A stretch of DNA of 64,000 nt from an uncultured Gammaproteobacteria bacterium. GTDB taxonomy: Bacteria; Pseudomonadota; Gammaproteobacteria; JAKDMP01. The notes beneath the pieces were generated by a model. The model did no database searches. It had not been told where the DNA came from and was given only the letters and a program-made list of their open reading frames with translations. Positions 47,915 to 58,773 of the stretch are shown here, one piece after another. The stretch lies in assembly GCA_963843735.1 (NCBI GenBank), contig CAWJLN010000009.1:104182-168181 (forward strand), written 5' to 3'. The position numbers and the translations under genes were made by a program. Each line of letters begins with the position of its first letter. Position 1 is the stretch's first letter.

Positions 47915-49390
47915 TTATCCGGATACCCCGGCCGACTCGGCCCGCCCAAGCTTGCGGACGGCGGTTATAAGGACGTCGAAGTCTTCGCGACGGCTGCGGT
48001 GGTTGGTGATGGCGACGCGCAGGGCGAAGCGACCGTTCAGCACGGTGGAGGACGGCACGGCGATGCCGCTTTCCTGGAGTTCAGCGAGGATGCGGGCGTT
48101 CAGCTCGTCGAGCGCCGCATCGTCGAGACCGGGTGCGACGTAGCGGAAGTTGACGATGTTGAGCGGCACCGGCGCCAGCAGTTCCAGCTCCGGCGTTGCT
48201 TCCACAAGTCCGGCGAGATAGCGGGCCTGGCGGATGTTCTGCGCAATGACGCGGGCGAAGCGATCGAGGCCGTAGGCCTTGAGGTTCATCCACACCTTCA
48301 GTGCGCGGAAGGTGCGCGAAAGCTGAGGCCCGTAGTCGGCCCAGATCACCGGGCCGCTGGCAATACCCTCCTCCATCCGCGCGAGGTAGTCGGCGTGCGC
48401 GGCAAACGTTGCGGTGTGCGCCTCGTGCGAGCGCACCAGCGTGCACGCGACCTCGAACGGCAGATACATCCACTTGTGCAGATCGAAAGCGATGGAATCG
48501 GCGCGCTCGAGACCCGCGAGTTGCGGGCGCGTTTCGGGGTCGAGCACGGCGAGTGCGCCGAAGGCGCCGTCCACGTGCAGCCAGAGATCCTCGCGCGCGC
48601 ACAGGTCCGCGAGTTCGGCGACCGGGTCTATGGCGCCGGTGTTGACGGTACCGGCGTTGGCGGAGACGCAGCAGGGTACGCGCCCCGCCTTGCGGTCGGC
48701 AGTGATGCGCGCTTCGAGTGCGGCGATGTCGATGGTGAAATCCGCGCGAACCGGGATGACGCCGAGCGATTCGGCGCCCATGCCGAGCAGCTCTACCGCG
48801 CGCTGCACGGAGTTGTGGCTTTCGCTCGAGGTGTAGAACATGAGCCGCGCTTGGCCGGAAAGACCTTCGCGGCGCACGTCGAACGGCGCCTTGGCGTTGC
48901 GCGCGACGGCGAGGCTGACCTGGTTGGCGACGGAGCCGCCGGAGAGAAGCACGCCGCCGGCCTCGGGCGGGTAGCCCATGATTTCCTTCAGCCAGTCGAG
49001 CACCTGGAGTTCGACAAAGGTCGCGCTTTGGCAGTGCCCGGCCGCGTTGTTGTTCATGGTCGCGGCGAGCATCTCGGCCATGACGCCGAGCGGCGTGCCG
49101 GTGCCGATGACCCAGCCCCAGAAGCGCGGGTGGACATTGCCGAGCGGATACGGCGCGACGAGTTCCGCATAGTCGGCGTAGGCGGCCTCTTCGCCCGCGC
49201 CGTCGCGCGGCAGCGGCTCGGCGAAACGCGCCTGCACGGATTCCGGGATGCGCTGCCAGGCCGGACGCTCGCGCACGGTCTTCAGGTAGTCGAGCGAATC
49301 GTCGAGCATCCGATGGGCGAGATGCGCGAACGCATCCCAATCGCCGGGATCGAGCGATTCTTCGATCTGCAGATCACACGGTTCGTTCAT
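47915..49390 (-). CDS. Group II pyridoxal-phosphate-dependent decarboxylase (aromatic amino acid / DABA decarboxylase-like)
   Basis: TSSESHNSVQRA and the PLP-lysine context SIAFDLHKWMYLPFEV. The likely start is MNEPCDL at 49390. Confidence 0.85.
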   Translation of the reverse strand: MNEPCDLQIEESLDPGDWDAFAHLAHRMLDDSLDYLKTVRERPAWQRIPESVQARFAEPLPRDGAGEEAAYADYAELVAPYPLGNVHPRFWGWVIGTGTPLGVMAEMLAATMNNNAAGHCQSATFVELQVLDWLKEIMGYPPEAGGVLLSGGSVANQVSLAVARNAKAPFDVRREGLSGQARLMFYTSSESHNSVQRAVELLGMGAESLGVIPVRADFTIDIAALEARITADRKAGRVPCCVSANAGTVNTGAIDPVAELADLCAREDLWLHVDGAFGALAVLDPETRPQLAGLERADSIAFDLHKWMYLPFEVACTLVRSHEAHTATFAAHADYLARMEEGIASGPVIWADYGPQLSRTFRALKVWMNLKAYGLDRFARVIAQNIRQARYLAGLVEATPELELLAPVPLNIVNFRYVAPGLDDAALDELNARILAELQESGIAVPSSTVLNGRFALRVAITNHRSRREDFDVLITAVRKLGRAESAGVSG

Positions 49391-49422
49391 GAAATTTCGC
49401 TCAATAAACGCACTAGCAGCCA

Positions 49423-49434
49423 GGCTAAAGCCGG
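49423..49434. repeat. Orphan copy of the IS200-end hairpin motif GGCTAAAGCCGG
   Basis: The same 12-mer occurs at 39746-39757 and 40267-40278. Its flank tagtttcac resembles ggggtttac at 40280. Confidence 0.4.
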
Positions 49435-49451
49435 TAGTTTCACCCTGTGCA

Positions 49452-49510
49452 CCGCTTCGCGGCGTACCCCTCACCCTCGCCCTCTCCCACAAGGGGAGAG
49501 GGAAGAAGAG
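49452..49510 (-). repeat. Intergenic GC-rich palindromic repeat, family copy A
   Basis: ccgcttcgcgg...cccctcaccctcgccctctccc-acaa-ggggagagggaagaagag. It is about 85% identical to 60301-60360 and is the reverse complement type of the 55971 and 60243 copies. Confidence 0.75.
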
Positions 49511-49516
49511 GCGGTG

Positions 49517-52500
49517 TTACCCGCCGCCGGCGTTTGCTGACGACGAGGGAAGCGGCGGAAGTTTCGGATGATAGTTGCGCCACGGCGGCCGCGTGTAATG
49601 CGGCGGCGGGTTCGCCTTGAGCTGCTCGAGGGCAATTTCCACCGCGCGTTCGAGTTGCGGGTCGTGGCCCTCGCGCGTCAGTTGCGGGTTCTGCCATACG
49701 GTCACGTCCGGTGCAATGCCGTGATTTTCCACCGGGAAAGTGCCGTCCAGACCTTCCACCGCGACGCGAGGCGAGGTAATGCCGCCGCCGTCCATCAGCG
49801 GCGGGTAGCCGCCGATGCCGACCAGCCCGCCCCAGGTGCGCACGCCAACCAGGGTGCCGACCTTGTCCTTCTTGAAGTACCACGGCAAGGCGTCGCCGCC
49901 CGAACCCGCGAACTGGTTGATGATCATTACCTTGGGTCCGGGAATCTGCATTTGCGGAATGACCGTGGTGGTACGTTTGCCCCAGCGAACGACACCGAGC
50001 GCCATCGGCTTGCGCGTGAGGTATCCGATGATGTAGTCGGAGAGCGAACCGCCGTGGTTGAAGCGCTCGTCTACGATCACGCCCTGCTTGTTCACCTGCG
50101 CGAAGAAGTAGCGGTTGAAGTTCGTGTAGCCGCCCCAAGTAGTATCGGGCAGGTACACATAGCCCAACTTGCCGCCTGAGAGCTTGTTCACCACTTCCAT
50201 GTTGTGGTCGATCCAGGCGGTGTTGCGCAGCCTGAACTCACTGGGAATGGTCTTGACCGTAATCTGATGCGAACCTTTCATGCCCGGGTTCGGCCCCACG
50301 GTCAGCGTAACGTCCTGGTTGGCCAGGTCTTCGAACGCCTGATAGATGTTGTCGCTGGCCGTGATCGAGGTGCCGTTCACGGCCAGGAGGTAATCGCCCG
50401 TCTGGACCTTGAGCCCCGGCTGCGCGAGCGGCGCATACAGCTTCGGGTTCCACTGCCCGGCGGTGAATATCTTCGTGATGCGGTAGCGGCCGTTCTCGAC
50501 CCGGTAGTCGGCGCCGAGCAGACCGACGTGAATCTCCTGCATCTTCGGCATATAGCCGCCGTAGATGAACATGTGTCCGACGGACATGTAGCTCATCATT
50601 TCGCGGAACAGGAAGCTCAGTCCGTCGCGGCTTGCAATGCCCGGCAGATAATGCGCGAATTCCTTCTCGGCGGCATCAATGTTCAACCCGTCGAGCAACG
50701 GATTGTAGAAGAAGGCCCGCTGAATGCGCCAGGCATCGCGATACATCTGATCCCACTGCTCGTGCGGCACCACGAAGGCCCGCATGTCTCCCATGTGGAG
50801 CGGTTGCGGCTTGGCCGCGGGCTTGGCGTCGGCAATGAACCAGTTCGGCCCCTGTTGATAGAGCATCTTCTCGCCGTTCGCGGACAATCCGAATTGGGTC
50901 ACGCCGGCGATGACATCCTGCGTCTTTTTCTTCTCGAGGTCGAACAGCTTGATCGCCATGGGGACGCCGAACGGCGTCATGTCGGACTCCATGAGGACCC
51001 GCGGCCCTTGCACCAGGTAAAGCTCCCCGCTCTTGCCGACTTCCAGGTCGGCGTAATTGGCGGGTTCGATCGGCAACGCCACCGCCCGCGACTGCAAGCC
51101 GTTGAAGTTGATTGCGACTTGTTTCGGTTGTTTGTTTTCAGACTTTTTGGCCGCGGTGGACTTGCCCTTGCCGCTGTTCGCCGAGGCGGAGGATTTCGCC
51201 TTTTCAAAACCGCTTTCTGGCGCAATCGGAGAAGCCGTGCCCGGCTCCAGCGTCGTAGCATAGACATGACTCGTAACCGGACGCGCGAAAGACGCCAGAT
51301 CGAAGTCGTGCGTCGGGCCGAATTGGTACTGGAGATAAAGTAAAGATATTTGCCGTTGGGATCGAACCTGGGCGACCCGCAATCGCTCGCTCCATCGGTG
51401 ACCTGATGCGTCTTGCCGTCGGCGAGCGAGTACACGAATATCGCGTCCATGTAATTCGGCAACGACTCGGTATAGGCAATCCAGCGGCTGTCGGAAGACC
51501 AGCCCGCATCGAACGAGTTGCTGAAGCTGTTGATCGCCACTTTGACCGGTTTGGGGTTGCGCGCCTTGAGATCCACTACCCAAAGCTGGTCTTTCTGATC
51601 GGCGAAAAGCACCTTTTCGCTATCCGGCGACCAGGCAAGCTCGTAGTAATAGGCGTCGTTCTGGCCGAGCGCGATCCGGCGCGCCGTGCCGGTGCCGTTC
51701 TGGGCGCGGATGTAGAGATCGTATTCGCCGGCCGCGTCGGAGAAATACGCGATCGACTTGCCGTCCGGCGACCACGCCACACCTCGGTCCATGGCGCCCG
51801 GGCTGTGCGTCAGGTTGACGATGCTGCCGTGCTTGGTGGGCACGGAGAGAATATCGCCGTGCGCCGCGAACGCCGCGCGCACGCCGTTCGGCGAGATCGC
51901 CGCATCCGTAATCTGCTCGGCCACGTCAACAAAGTTCGGACGGCGCTGCGGGAGATCCCCGCCACCGTAACCGGCACGGCCGTGCTCTTGCCGGTCGCGA
52001 AATCATAAACATGAAGCTGGCCGAACTGCGAATAGACGATGCCGCCGGGACCAGCCGATGCCGAGGTGATGTCAAAGCCGCTGTTGTCGAGTACGCGCGA
52101 AACTTTGCCCGAACCGGTGTCATAGGCAAAGAGCGTGATCGGGCCGTCGCGGTCGGAGAGGAAATACACCGTATTGCCCGCCCACATCGGGTCGCTTTCG
52201 TTGGCGTCCTCATTGGGAATCCGCATCGTGCTCGAATCCGACAGCTTCGCCAGCCACACCTGCGTGTGCTGACCGCCCTTGTAGCCTTTCCAGAACGCCT
52301 CCCATTGGAAATTCGGCACGTAGGCGAGATGACTGCCGTCTGGAGAATATGAGCCCTCTTCCGCCATGTTCAGCGGCAGTTCCTGCGGGAAGCCGCCCGT
52401 CACCGGCACGGTGTAAAGCTGGTTCGGATCAGAATAGCTGTAGCGGTGCGAACGGAAAAGAATGCTCTTGCCGTCCGGCGTCCAACCGACCGCGACATCC

Positions 52501-52823
52501 GGGTACGGATGGTACGTCAGCCGGACGGGTTGGCCGCCAGCCGCGGGCACCACGTACACATCGGTATTGTGATCGTAGGTGCCGGTGAAGGCGACCATCG
52601 AACCGTCGGGCGAAAAGATCGGCTTGGTAAGCATGTCCATGCCGCTCGCGAGCACATGCGCCGCACCGCCGGCACGCGGCATCTCCCAGATTTGCCCGCC
52701 GTACTCGAAGGCGATTTGCGTCTTCGACATCGTCGGATATCGGAGCAAGAGCAGACTATTGTTGGCCGCTCTCGCCGCGGTACAGAAACTCAGAGCCAGA
52801 AAGGCCGCTATCCACTTGGACAT
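49517..52823 (-). pseudogene. Tricorn-protease-like periplasmic S41 peptidase (beta-propellers + PDZ + S41), two frame disruptions
   Basis: Three consecutive ORFs (51810-52946, 50977-51924, 49517-51583) read as one roughly 1100-aa protein. It has a signal peptide MSKWIAAFLALSFCTAARA, propeller repeats (SPDGSMVAF, SPDGSHLAY, SPDGKSIAY, SPDSEKVLF) and an S41 core (ERFNHGGS, NQFAGSGGDA). The breaks fall at the C-run 51957-51960 and at about 51330-51345. Confidence 0.8.
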
Positions 52824-52971
52824 GATCATCTCCAATGCGCGATCGCTGAATCGGCACCGGCGGCACCGGTGTCGGCATCGCGCCATTGTAATGCGGTAAA
52901 TCCTGGATCGGAGCATCGGTTCACGATCCCCGGCCCGGCGCGGCACCCGGACTGCCGGAAGCTGCGCCGAA

Positions 52972-53420
52972 TTACGCCAGGAAGCGATCCAGCACGTTGC
53001 GGGTGATCCGCTCCACCGCCGGGTCGGCGTGGATCAGACCCGACACCCAGCCGCAGCACCCGGCATTGAACACCTCCCCGACTCCGGCGGTCATCGTCGC
53101 CATCATCGCCGCGCCACGTTCTATCGCCGCATCGGGAAGGTCATAGAAGAAGGGCTCTTGCGCCAAAACCTGGCGGAAGTCGCTCAGCGGCGCGTTCATC
53201 GGCGCGCCGTGGCGGCTGTGCTCGCCACGCGCGGCTGGCGCCATGGCCAGGATCTGCAGGCTGGAAGGAGCGCCGTCCTTATGCGTGGCATAGGGTAGGC
53301 CGTCGCGAAATGTGTAATCGACACCATCGACTTCGTAGGCAAGGATGCGCGCGGGCGCGGCACCGAATTGGTCGGCGTAATAAAGATCAGTCCCGGCGTT
53401 TCCGCGACCATCATGGCCGG
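52972..53420 (-). pseudogene. Possible 3' remnant of a larger gene (no start codon for the conserved-looking part)
   Basis: The frame of ORF 52972-53244 stays open upstream to 53925. It reads ...GRGNAGTDLYYADQFGAAPARILAYEVDGVDYTFRDGLPYATHKDGAPSSLQILAMAP...VFNAGCCGWVSGL... with no ATG/GTG/TTG before 53244, and it overlaps the preceding gene. Confidence 0.3.
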
Positions 53421-53929
53421 TCTGTGGGGAACTGCGCGCGAGCTCTGCGCATGAACAGCGCGCGCAGCTTGTCCCAGAAATCCCCGCCCAGCACGAACAG
53501 GCTGATTAGAAACACGGCGTCGGCCAGCAGGTTGATCGCCAGCCGCCAGCCGGGATCGGCGGGCAGCCAGGACGGCAGATAGGCCGTGAGATAAATCGGG
53601 ACCAGAGGCAGCAGAAGCAGCACCAGGCCGATCGCGTGGCGCAGCCGGCCGATATCCCGTGCGGTGGGCTGCAGCCGCCCCAGCACGCGCCAGATCAGAG
53701 CCATGATGCGATCGAAATTCGCCTTGCCCATCACCGCGATCGCCGGGAATGCCAGGATCTCGAAGCCGAAGAACAGGCAGCCGGCCAGCGCCGATTTCAC
53801 CGCCACGGGCCAAGAGGTGCGCAACACCAACACGCCGGCCAGCGGCGAGAGAAAACCGACCACCAGCAGCATGATGCCCAGCGCCAGCCGCAGATTCACC
53901 ATGGAGTTGGATTTCTCTGCGCTGTTCAT
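53411..53929 (-). CDS. Small polytopic membrane protein
   Basis: 172 aa from the ATG at 53929 (MNSAEKSNSMVNLRLALGIMLLVVG...), with 4-5 hydrophobic helices. Its ATG overlaps the amidinotransferase stop (ATGA). Confidence 0.55.
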   Translation of the reverse strand: MNSAEKSNSMVNLRLALGIMLLVVGFLSPLAGVLVLRTSWPVAVKSALAGCLFFGFEILAFPAIAVMGKANFDRIMALIWRVLGRLQPTARDIGRLRHAIGLVLLLLPLVPIYLTAYLPSWLPADPGWRLAINLLADAVFLISLFVLGGDFWDKLRALFMRRARAQFPTDRP

Positions 53930-54960
53930 ATACGAAGCAGCGGCTGCGTGCTGCAGCGAAATGCACCGCCGAAGCTGCGCGAGATGGCGAAATCCACAGG
54001 CACCACTTGCACGCCGTGCCGCGCGATCGCCTCCGCGATGCGTCCGAAGGCGGGGTCGGTGACGTACACATCGGGCGTAATCGGCAGACCGTTGGCGCCC
54101 AATGCCATGGCTTCTTCCTCGGTCACGACGATGCGGTCCCAGTCCGCCAGGCGGTGCGGCACGCCCTCCAGCAAGGCGGCTTCGCAGATCACCATCAATC
54201 CTTCGCGCACCAGGCTCAGCGCACAATCCAGATGCAGTATGTTCGGCTTCAGCCGTACGGTCTCCACCCTGTATCCGCGCGGGGCCATAAGCTTGCGCAG
54301 CCAGGCCGCACCGAGCTCACTGGAGCCGCGTCCGGAATTGCCGACGAACACGTGCCGGTCCAGCACCAGCACATCTCCTCCTTCCAGGAACGGACCGGCG
54401 CCCCCGCCATCAACGTCCAGCGGCATGATTTCGGGCTGCGGCAGCGCCACATACGTGCACTCGGCGGGCAGCACTTCCCGGCACAGCAGATCGCGGCTCG
54501 ACAGTACCTCGTGGCGGCGATGCGGAAAGCGTAACCCGCCCTCGATCACGACGTCGCCGACGGTGAACCATGGATCGCGCACAAAGGAATTGCTGTAGCC
54601 GAACTTGCCGCCGGCGGCCTTTTCCCAGCGTGTCAGCAGGCGTGGGTACAGTACCTCTACGCCATGCGCGGCGAACACCGCGGCGAGCGCGTCGCGTTCG
54701 GCTTCCCACTGCCGCTGCCGTTCCGGCATCGCCTCGGCGTGGTCGCGGCCAAGCAGCTGCGTGGCTACCGCACGCGCTTCGTCCGGCAGGATCGCAACTT
54801 CCTGGTTGAACTGCTCGGCGGAGGAGGCATCGGGATCCGGCAGCCGCATCTGCGAACGGGCCAGCACCACCCGGCGCAGCGGTGCGAACTCGCTCGCGAC
54901 GAACACACGAGGCACGCCTGGCGAAGTTTCTTTGCCGTCCGGCTCATCGCTGGCCTGCAT
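53926..54960 (-). CDS. Amidinotransferase-superfamily enzyme (glycine/inosamine amidinotransferase or DDAH-like)
   Basis: 344 aa. LHLDCALSLV and the C-terminal catalytic-Cys context FGGAFRCSTQPL are typical of the guanidino-group-modifying enzyme fold. Confidence 0.75.
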   Translation of the reverse strand: MQASDEPDGKETSPGVPRVFVASEFAPLRRVVLARSQMRLPDPDASSAEQFNQEVAILPDEARAVATQLLGRDHAEAMPERQRQWEAERDALAAVFAAHGVEVLYPRLLTRWEKAAGGKFGYSNSFVRDPWFTVGDVVIEGGLRFPHRRHEVLSSRDLLCREVLPAECTYVALPQPEIMPLDVDGGGAGPFLEGGDVLVLDRHVFVGNSGRGSSELGAAWLRKLMAPRGYRVETVRLKPNILHLDCALSLVREGLMVICEAALLEGVPHRLADWDRIVVTEEEAMALGANGLPITPDVYVTDPAFGRIAEAIARHGVQVVPVDFAISRSFGGAFRCSTQPLLRI

Positions 54961-55152
54961 CGCACTCCCCCTCTGGCCTTACCCGCTCAGTTTACTCTAA
55001 CCAGCGACAGATGATGCTTTGAAGAAAGGTCCGGGCTCTGCTTGGCCCACGCGACCCGCAAGACCGCCACATATATGAGTTCTCCGTGCCACCGTCGGCG
55101 TCTGGCAGGCCCGCCGCGGCGGTGATAGACTGGGAAACGGAGGCGAGGACCG

Positions 55153-55965
55153 ATGGGCAAGGGCACCAAATACGTAGCCAAGCATCCGGACGCCACCGGA
55201 CACATTCCCTATACGCCGGAGGAGGACGCCATCTGGGCCGCGCTCTACGAGCGTCAGATGAAAGTGATCCCCGGCCGTGCGGCGCCGGCCTTCTTGGACG
55301 CGCTCGCGCGCCTCTCGCTTCCCGCCGACCGCGTGCCCCAGCCCGAAGAGGTCTCCTCGGTGCTGCGCAAGGCGACGGGCTGGGAAGTGGCGCCGGTGCC
55401 GGCGCTGATCAACTTTGACGACTTCTTCAAGCTGCTCTCGGAGAAGAAATTCCCGGCAGCCTCCTTCATCCGCACCTGGGACGAGTTCGATTACCTGCGC
55501 GAGCCGGACGTCTTCCACGAGATCTTCGGCCACACGCCGCTGCTGACCGACCCGAATTTTGCCGCCTTCACCCAGGCCTACGGCGAATACGGACTCAAGG
55601 CAAGCAAGGAAGACCGCGTGATGCTCGCGCGCCTGTATTGGTTCACGGTCGAGTTCGGACTCATCAACACCGCGGAAGGATTGCGCGCCTACGGCTCGGG
55701 CATCATCTCCTCACCGGGCGAGGCGGTGTATGCGCTCGAAAGCGACGTGCCCGCACGCAAACCCTTCGACGCGGTGGACGCGCTGCGCACGCCCTACCGG
55801 ATAGACATATTCCAGACCGTTTATTTCGTCATCAACGGCCTCGAGGACCTGTTCGAGCTTGCGCAGCAGGATTTGTTCGCGCTGATCGCCGAAGCGCGCC
55901 GCGCTGGCATGCATGCGCCGACCTTCCCGCCGAAGGAGCCGGAGAAAAAGACCGCCGCCATGTAA
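55153..55965 (+). CDS. phhA: Phenylalanine 4-hydroxylase
   Basis: EPDVFHEIFGHTPLL (iron His pair), LARLYWFTVEFGL, YGSGIISS. 270 aa, the bacterial size. Confidence 0.9.
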   Translation: MGKGTKYVAKHPDATGHIPYTPEEDAIWAALYERQMKVIPGRAAPAFLDALARLSLPADRVPQPEEVSSVLRKATGWEVAPVPALINFDDFFKLLSEKKFPAASFIRTWDEFDYLREPDVFHEIFGHTPLLTDPNFAAFTQAYGEYGLKASKEDRVMLARLYWFTVEFGLINTAEGLRAYGSGIISSPGEAVYALESDVPARKPFDAVDALRTPYRIDIFQTVYFVINGLEDLFELAQQDLFALIAEARRAGMHAPTFPPKEPEKKTAAM

Positions 55966-55970
55966 CGAAT

Positions 55971-56013
55971 TCCCCCTCTCCCTCGACGGGAGAGGGTTGG
56001 GGTGAGGGTGAAG
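55971..56013 (+). repeat. Intergenic GC-rich palindromic repeat, family copy B
   Basis: tccccctctccctcgacgggagagggttggggtgagggtgaag lies between phhA and phhB. It is nearly identical to 60243-60286. Confidence 0.75.
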
Positions 56014-56057
56014 AAATTTTCGCGCCGCCGCGCGGCGCATCCCTGAAGGAGAACTTT

Positions 56058-56402
56058 ATGCCGGACAAGGAAGATTTCGCCGCCAAACATTGCGAAGCCT
56101 GCGAGGGCGGCGTCGCGCCGCTCACGCGCGACGAGGCCGAAAAATACCTGAAGAAACTCGCACCCGAATGGACGCTGGCCGACGATGCGAAGTCCATCCA
56201 CCGCGACTTCACCTTCAAGGGCTTCAACAAGACCATGGGCTTCGTGAACGCAATCGCCTGGATGGCCAACCGCGAGGGCCATCACCCCGATCTCGAGGTC
56301 GGCTACGGCCACTGCCACGTGCACTACACCACGCACGCGATCGGCGGCCTCTCGGAAAACGATTTCATCTGCGCCGTAAAAATAGACCGCCTCTTGACGT
56401 AA
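56058..56402 (+). CDS. phhB: Pterin-4-alpha-carbinolamine dehydratase
   Basis: 114 aa: FKGFNKTMGFVNAIAWMANREGHHPDLEVGYGHCHVHYTTHAIGGLSENDF. Confidence 0.9.
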   Translation: MPDKEDFAAKHCEACEGGVAPLTRDEAEKYLKKLAPEWTLADDAKSIHRDFTFKGFNKTMGFVNAIAWMANREGHHPDLEVGYGHCHVHYTTHAIGGLSENDFICAVKIDRLLT

Positions 56403-56498
56403 AACAAAGGTGCACCGACTTTCGCTGACGGGCGTCGCTGATCCTGCACTCCATGGAGCCCGAAAAACGTCGCCTAACAGCGACGCTTGATTGCGTAG

Positions 56499-58773
56499 CT
56501 AATTTTGCGTTGTGGCGGCGGCCGCGGCAGGCACATTCGTGCAGTTCAGATATTGCGTCAGGGCATCGCGCCACGCCTGCTTTGGATCGAAGTTTGTGGC
56601 CAAACCATCCGCTGTTTTGAGCCCCATAGCAAAATCCATGCCGAATTGCACCATATAGCGCGGATAGTAATTTGGGGGTCCCATGCGTTCGAGTTTCTCG
56701 CAGGCTGCTGCCAATTTGGCAGGCGTTTTCGCAGTTGCTGCCAAGTCTTTGCCGAGAGCTTTTATTTCGGCTTCAGACATGGCTTCTTTCGACCGGTTTA
56801 ACAGAACCATGTCCACGTTATGGGTCGTAGGATCAGGCACACGGCGCATATCGAAATCGGCATAAACCCCAGCCATCATCAGCATGAACACGGCCTTGCC
56901 GTAGTCGTTGGTTTTAACGCATTTGACAATTGCAGAAAACAGATCCGGCGGTGTGTCATTGTTGCTTAACTTGTCGGCCGCTACGCAGCCGATATCGCTT
57001 GTGGGTGCCAGAGGGTCTGCTGCTTGGCTGCCATCTGTCGTTGAAGCGGAGCGCGGCATCATTGCCGAAGTACCTGCAGGCATTGCGCTGGCTTCGACGT
57101 TTGAACAGTGCAAATTGTCTTTGAGGGTTTCGGTCCAGGCTTTCGCAGCATCAAAGCCTGGCACCAAACCTTGCGCGGTCTGCATCCCCGTGAACATTTG
57201 CATGCCGTGTCCGACCATATACTCGGGATAGTAACCGGGAGGGCCTATTTCCGCGATGCGTTTGCAAATAGCTCCAAAACGCACGGGGTCATTAAGGATT
57301 TTGTATTTGACGGAATCGAATTTCTTGAGCTTGGATTGGGGTACGCCATTCGCAACTATTCCCAACATTTCCGAATTCACTCCGTGAGCCGTTTTGTCGG
57401 CAACACGCAGGGTATCTAAGTCCGCATAGGCAATAGAGAGCGCAAACACAAACATGGCACGGTCGTACCGATCATGCATCAAGCACTCCATCCACGCGAA
57501 ATCCAGGTCCACCGGCGTGTCCTTGCTGGTTAGCTTGTCAGGCGGAAGGCAGTCTAGTTTAGGTGCTGATTCCTCCGCATCCGGGCCTTCCTGTTCGCGT
57601 ATCGTCGCAAGTTGTTTGGCGAGGTAGGCCGTTAGACTGCTCGGGGCACTAGTACCCTGTGTTTCCCCTGCCGCCGGGTTTTCGCCTTTCTCAACGATAT
57701 CAATAAAAACAGGCGCGCTCACCCCGCCGCATTTGATCTTTGTGCATGCCCGCACTTCCCACCACACCGCCTGCCAATCTTCGTTTGTTGGCTCTGTCTC
57801 TTTCACCGTTGTTGTTGTGATACCCATTTGCTGGGCCCCATGAGAACCGTTACGAAATAAATCGTAGTGATCTGCGCCAGGGACAGGATCCCAGCTTAGC
57901 GTGTATGTGTCGCCTGCGCTAGTGGTTTTGGTGCTGACACGAAGATTTTCTACGCGTGGAGGCGCGTCCCACGCCTCATGTGCCTTCAAAAAGGAAATCA
58001 CCTTGTCACGCCATTCGGTTCGATAAGGAGAGTCACTTGCCTGGAAGGAAAACACCAAATAATCCTCCAGAGTTTTCCCGTCGGCGTCCTTCAGGCTGTA
58101 ATCCGCCCCCGCTTCAAGAAGTTCATAGACCACATCAAATAACCCATCGTTTACGGCTTCCATCATCGCAGTCTCCCCCCCACTCGAAGGATACTTTGGA
58201 AGCCCGCCCCGCCAAATTGGGGTCCGGTAATTAAGGTCCGCCCCAGCCCTTATCAACAGTGGAACATTTACCTTCCCGCTCACGGTGTCTGCCGCGATGA
58301 GAGGGGTCTTACCTGTATGCGGCGCTATCAAATTAGGGTTGGCGCCATGCTTCAGGGCTTGTTCCATGAAGTATGGATTTTCAGAGCAGCAGGCAATGTT
58401 GTTAAGCAGCGTGTAGCCGTCGGTCCATACGTTATTGGGATCCGCTCCATGGTCGAGTAATGCTTTAAATCCGGCTTTGTTCCCTGCTTGTAAAGCAGAA
58501 AAAAGTGGTGTTATCCCGTACCGTCCATTTCCGTTGACATTCACACCGTGAGCAATCAAGACGTTCGATCTTTTTCAAATCGCCGTGTTGAGCCGCATCG
58601 GCGAGTTCTCTGAGCTTCGGATCAGAAAACAGGTCCGAGGGCGTCATGTACATGATCGGTTTATCGGGTTCTTTCGTCCCGGCGGCCGAAGCTTGATGGA
58701 ACCATAGCAAGCCCTCCACCAAAAAGGTTGCCAGCGCGACAGCAATCAGCATGAGCAGCGGCTTTCGCTCCAC
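56499..58773 (-). CDS. Secreted/membrane-anchored ankyrin-repeat protein with two tandem copies of an unrecognised four-Cys domain (one frame disruption near 58557)
   Basis: ORF 58465-58773 (TM/signal, ...AAQHGDLKKIERL) continues as IAHGVNVNGNGRYGITPL... in ORF 56499-58559. Ankyrin consensus repeats are followed by two 152-aa paralogous domains (57096-57551 and 56532-56987). Confidence 0.75.

Noticed and set aside
53196-54071. 291-aa minus-strand ORF overlapping the membrane-protein and amidinotransferase genes.
   Set aside because: It lies in an alternative frame of two better-supported genes and has Arg/Ala-rich composition.
56468-56486. Short hairpin (CGTCGC-CTAACA-GCGACG) between the convergent phhB and ankyrin genes, considered as a bidirectional terminator.
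   Set aside because: It has only a 6-bp stem and no adjoining T/A run on either strand.
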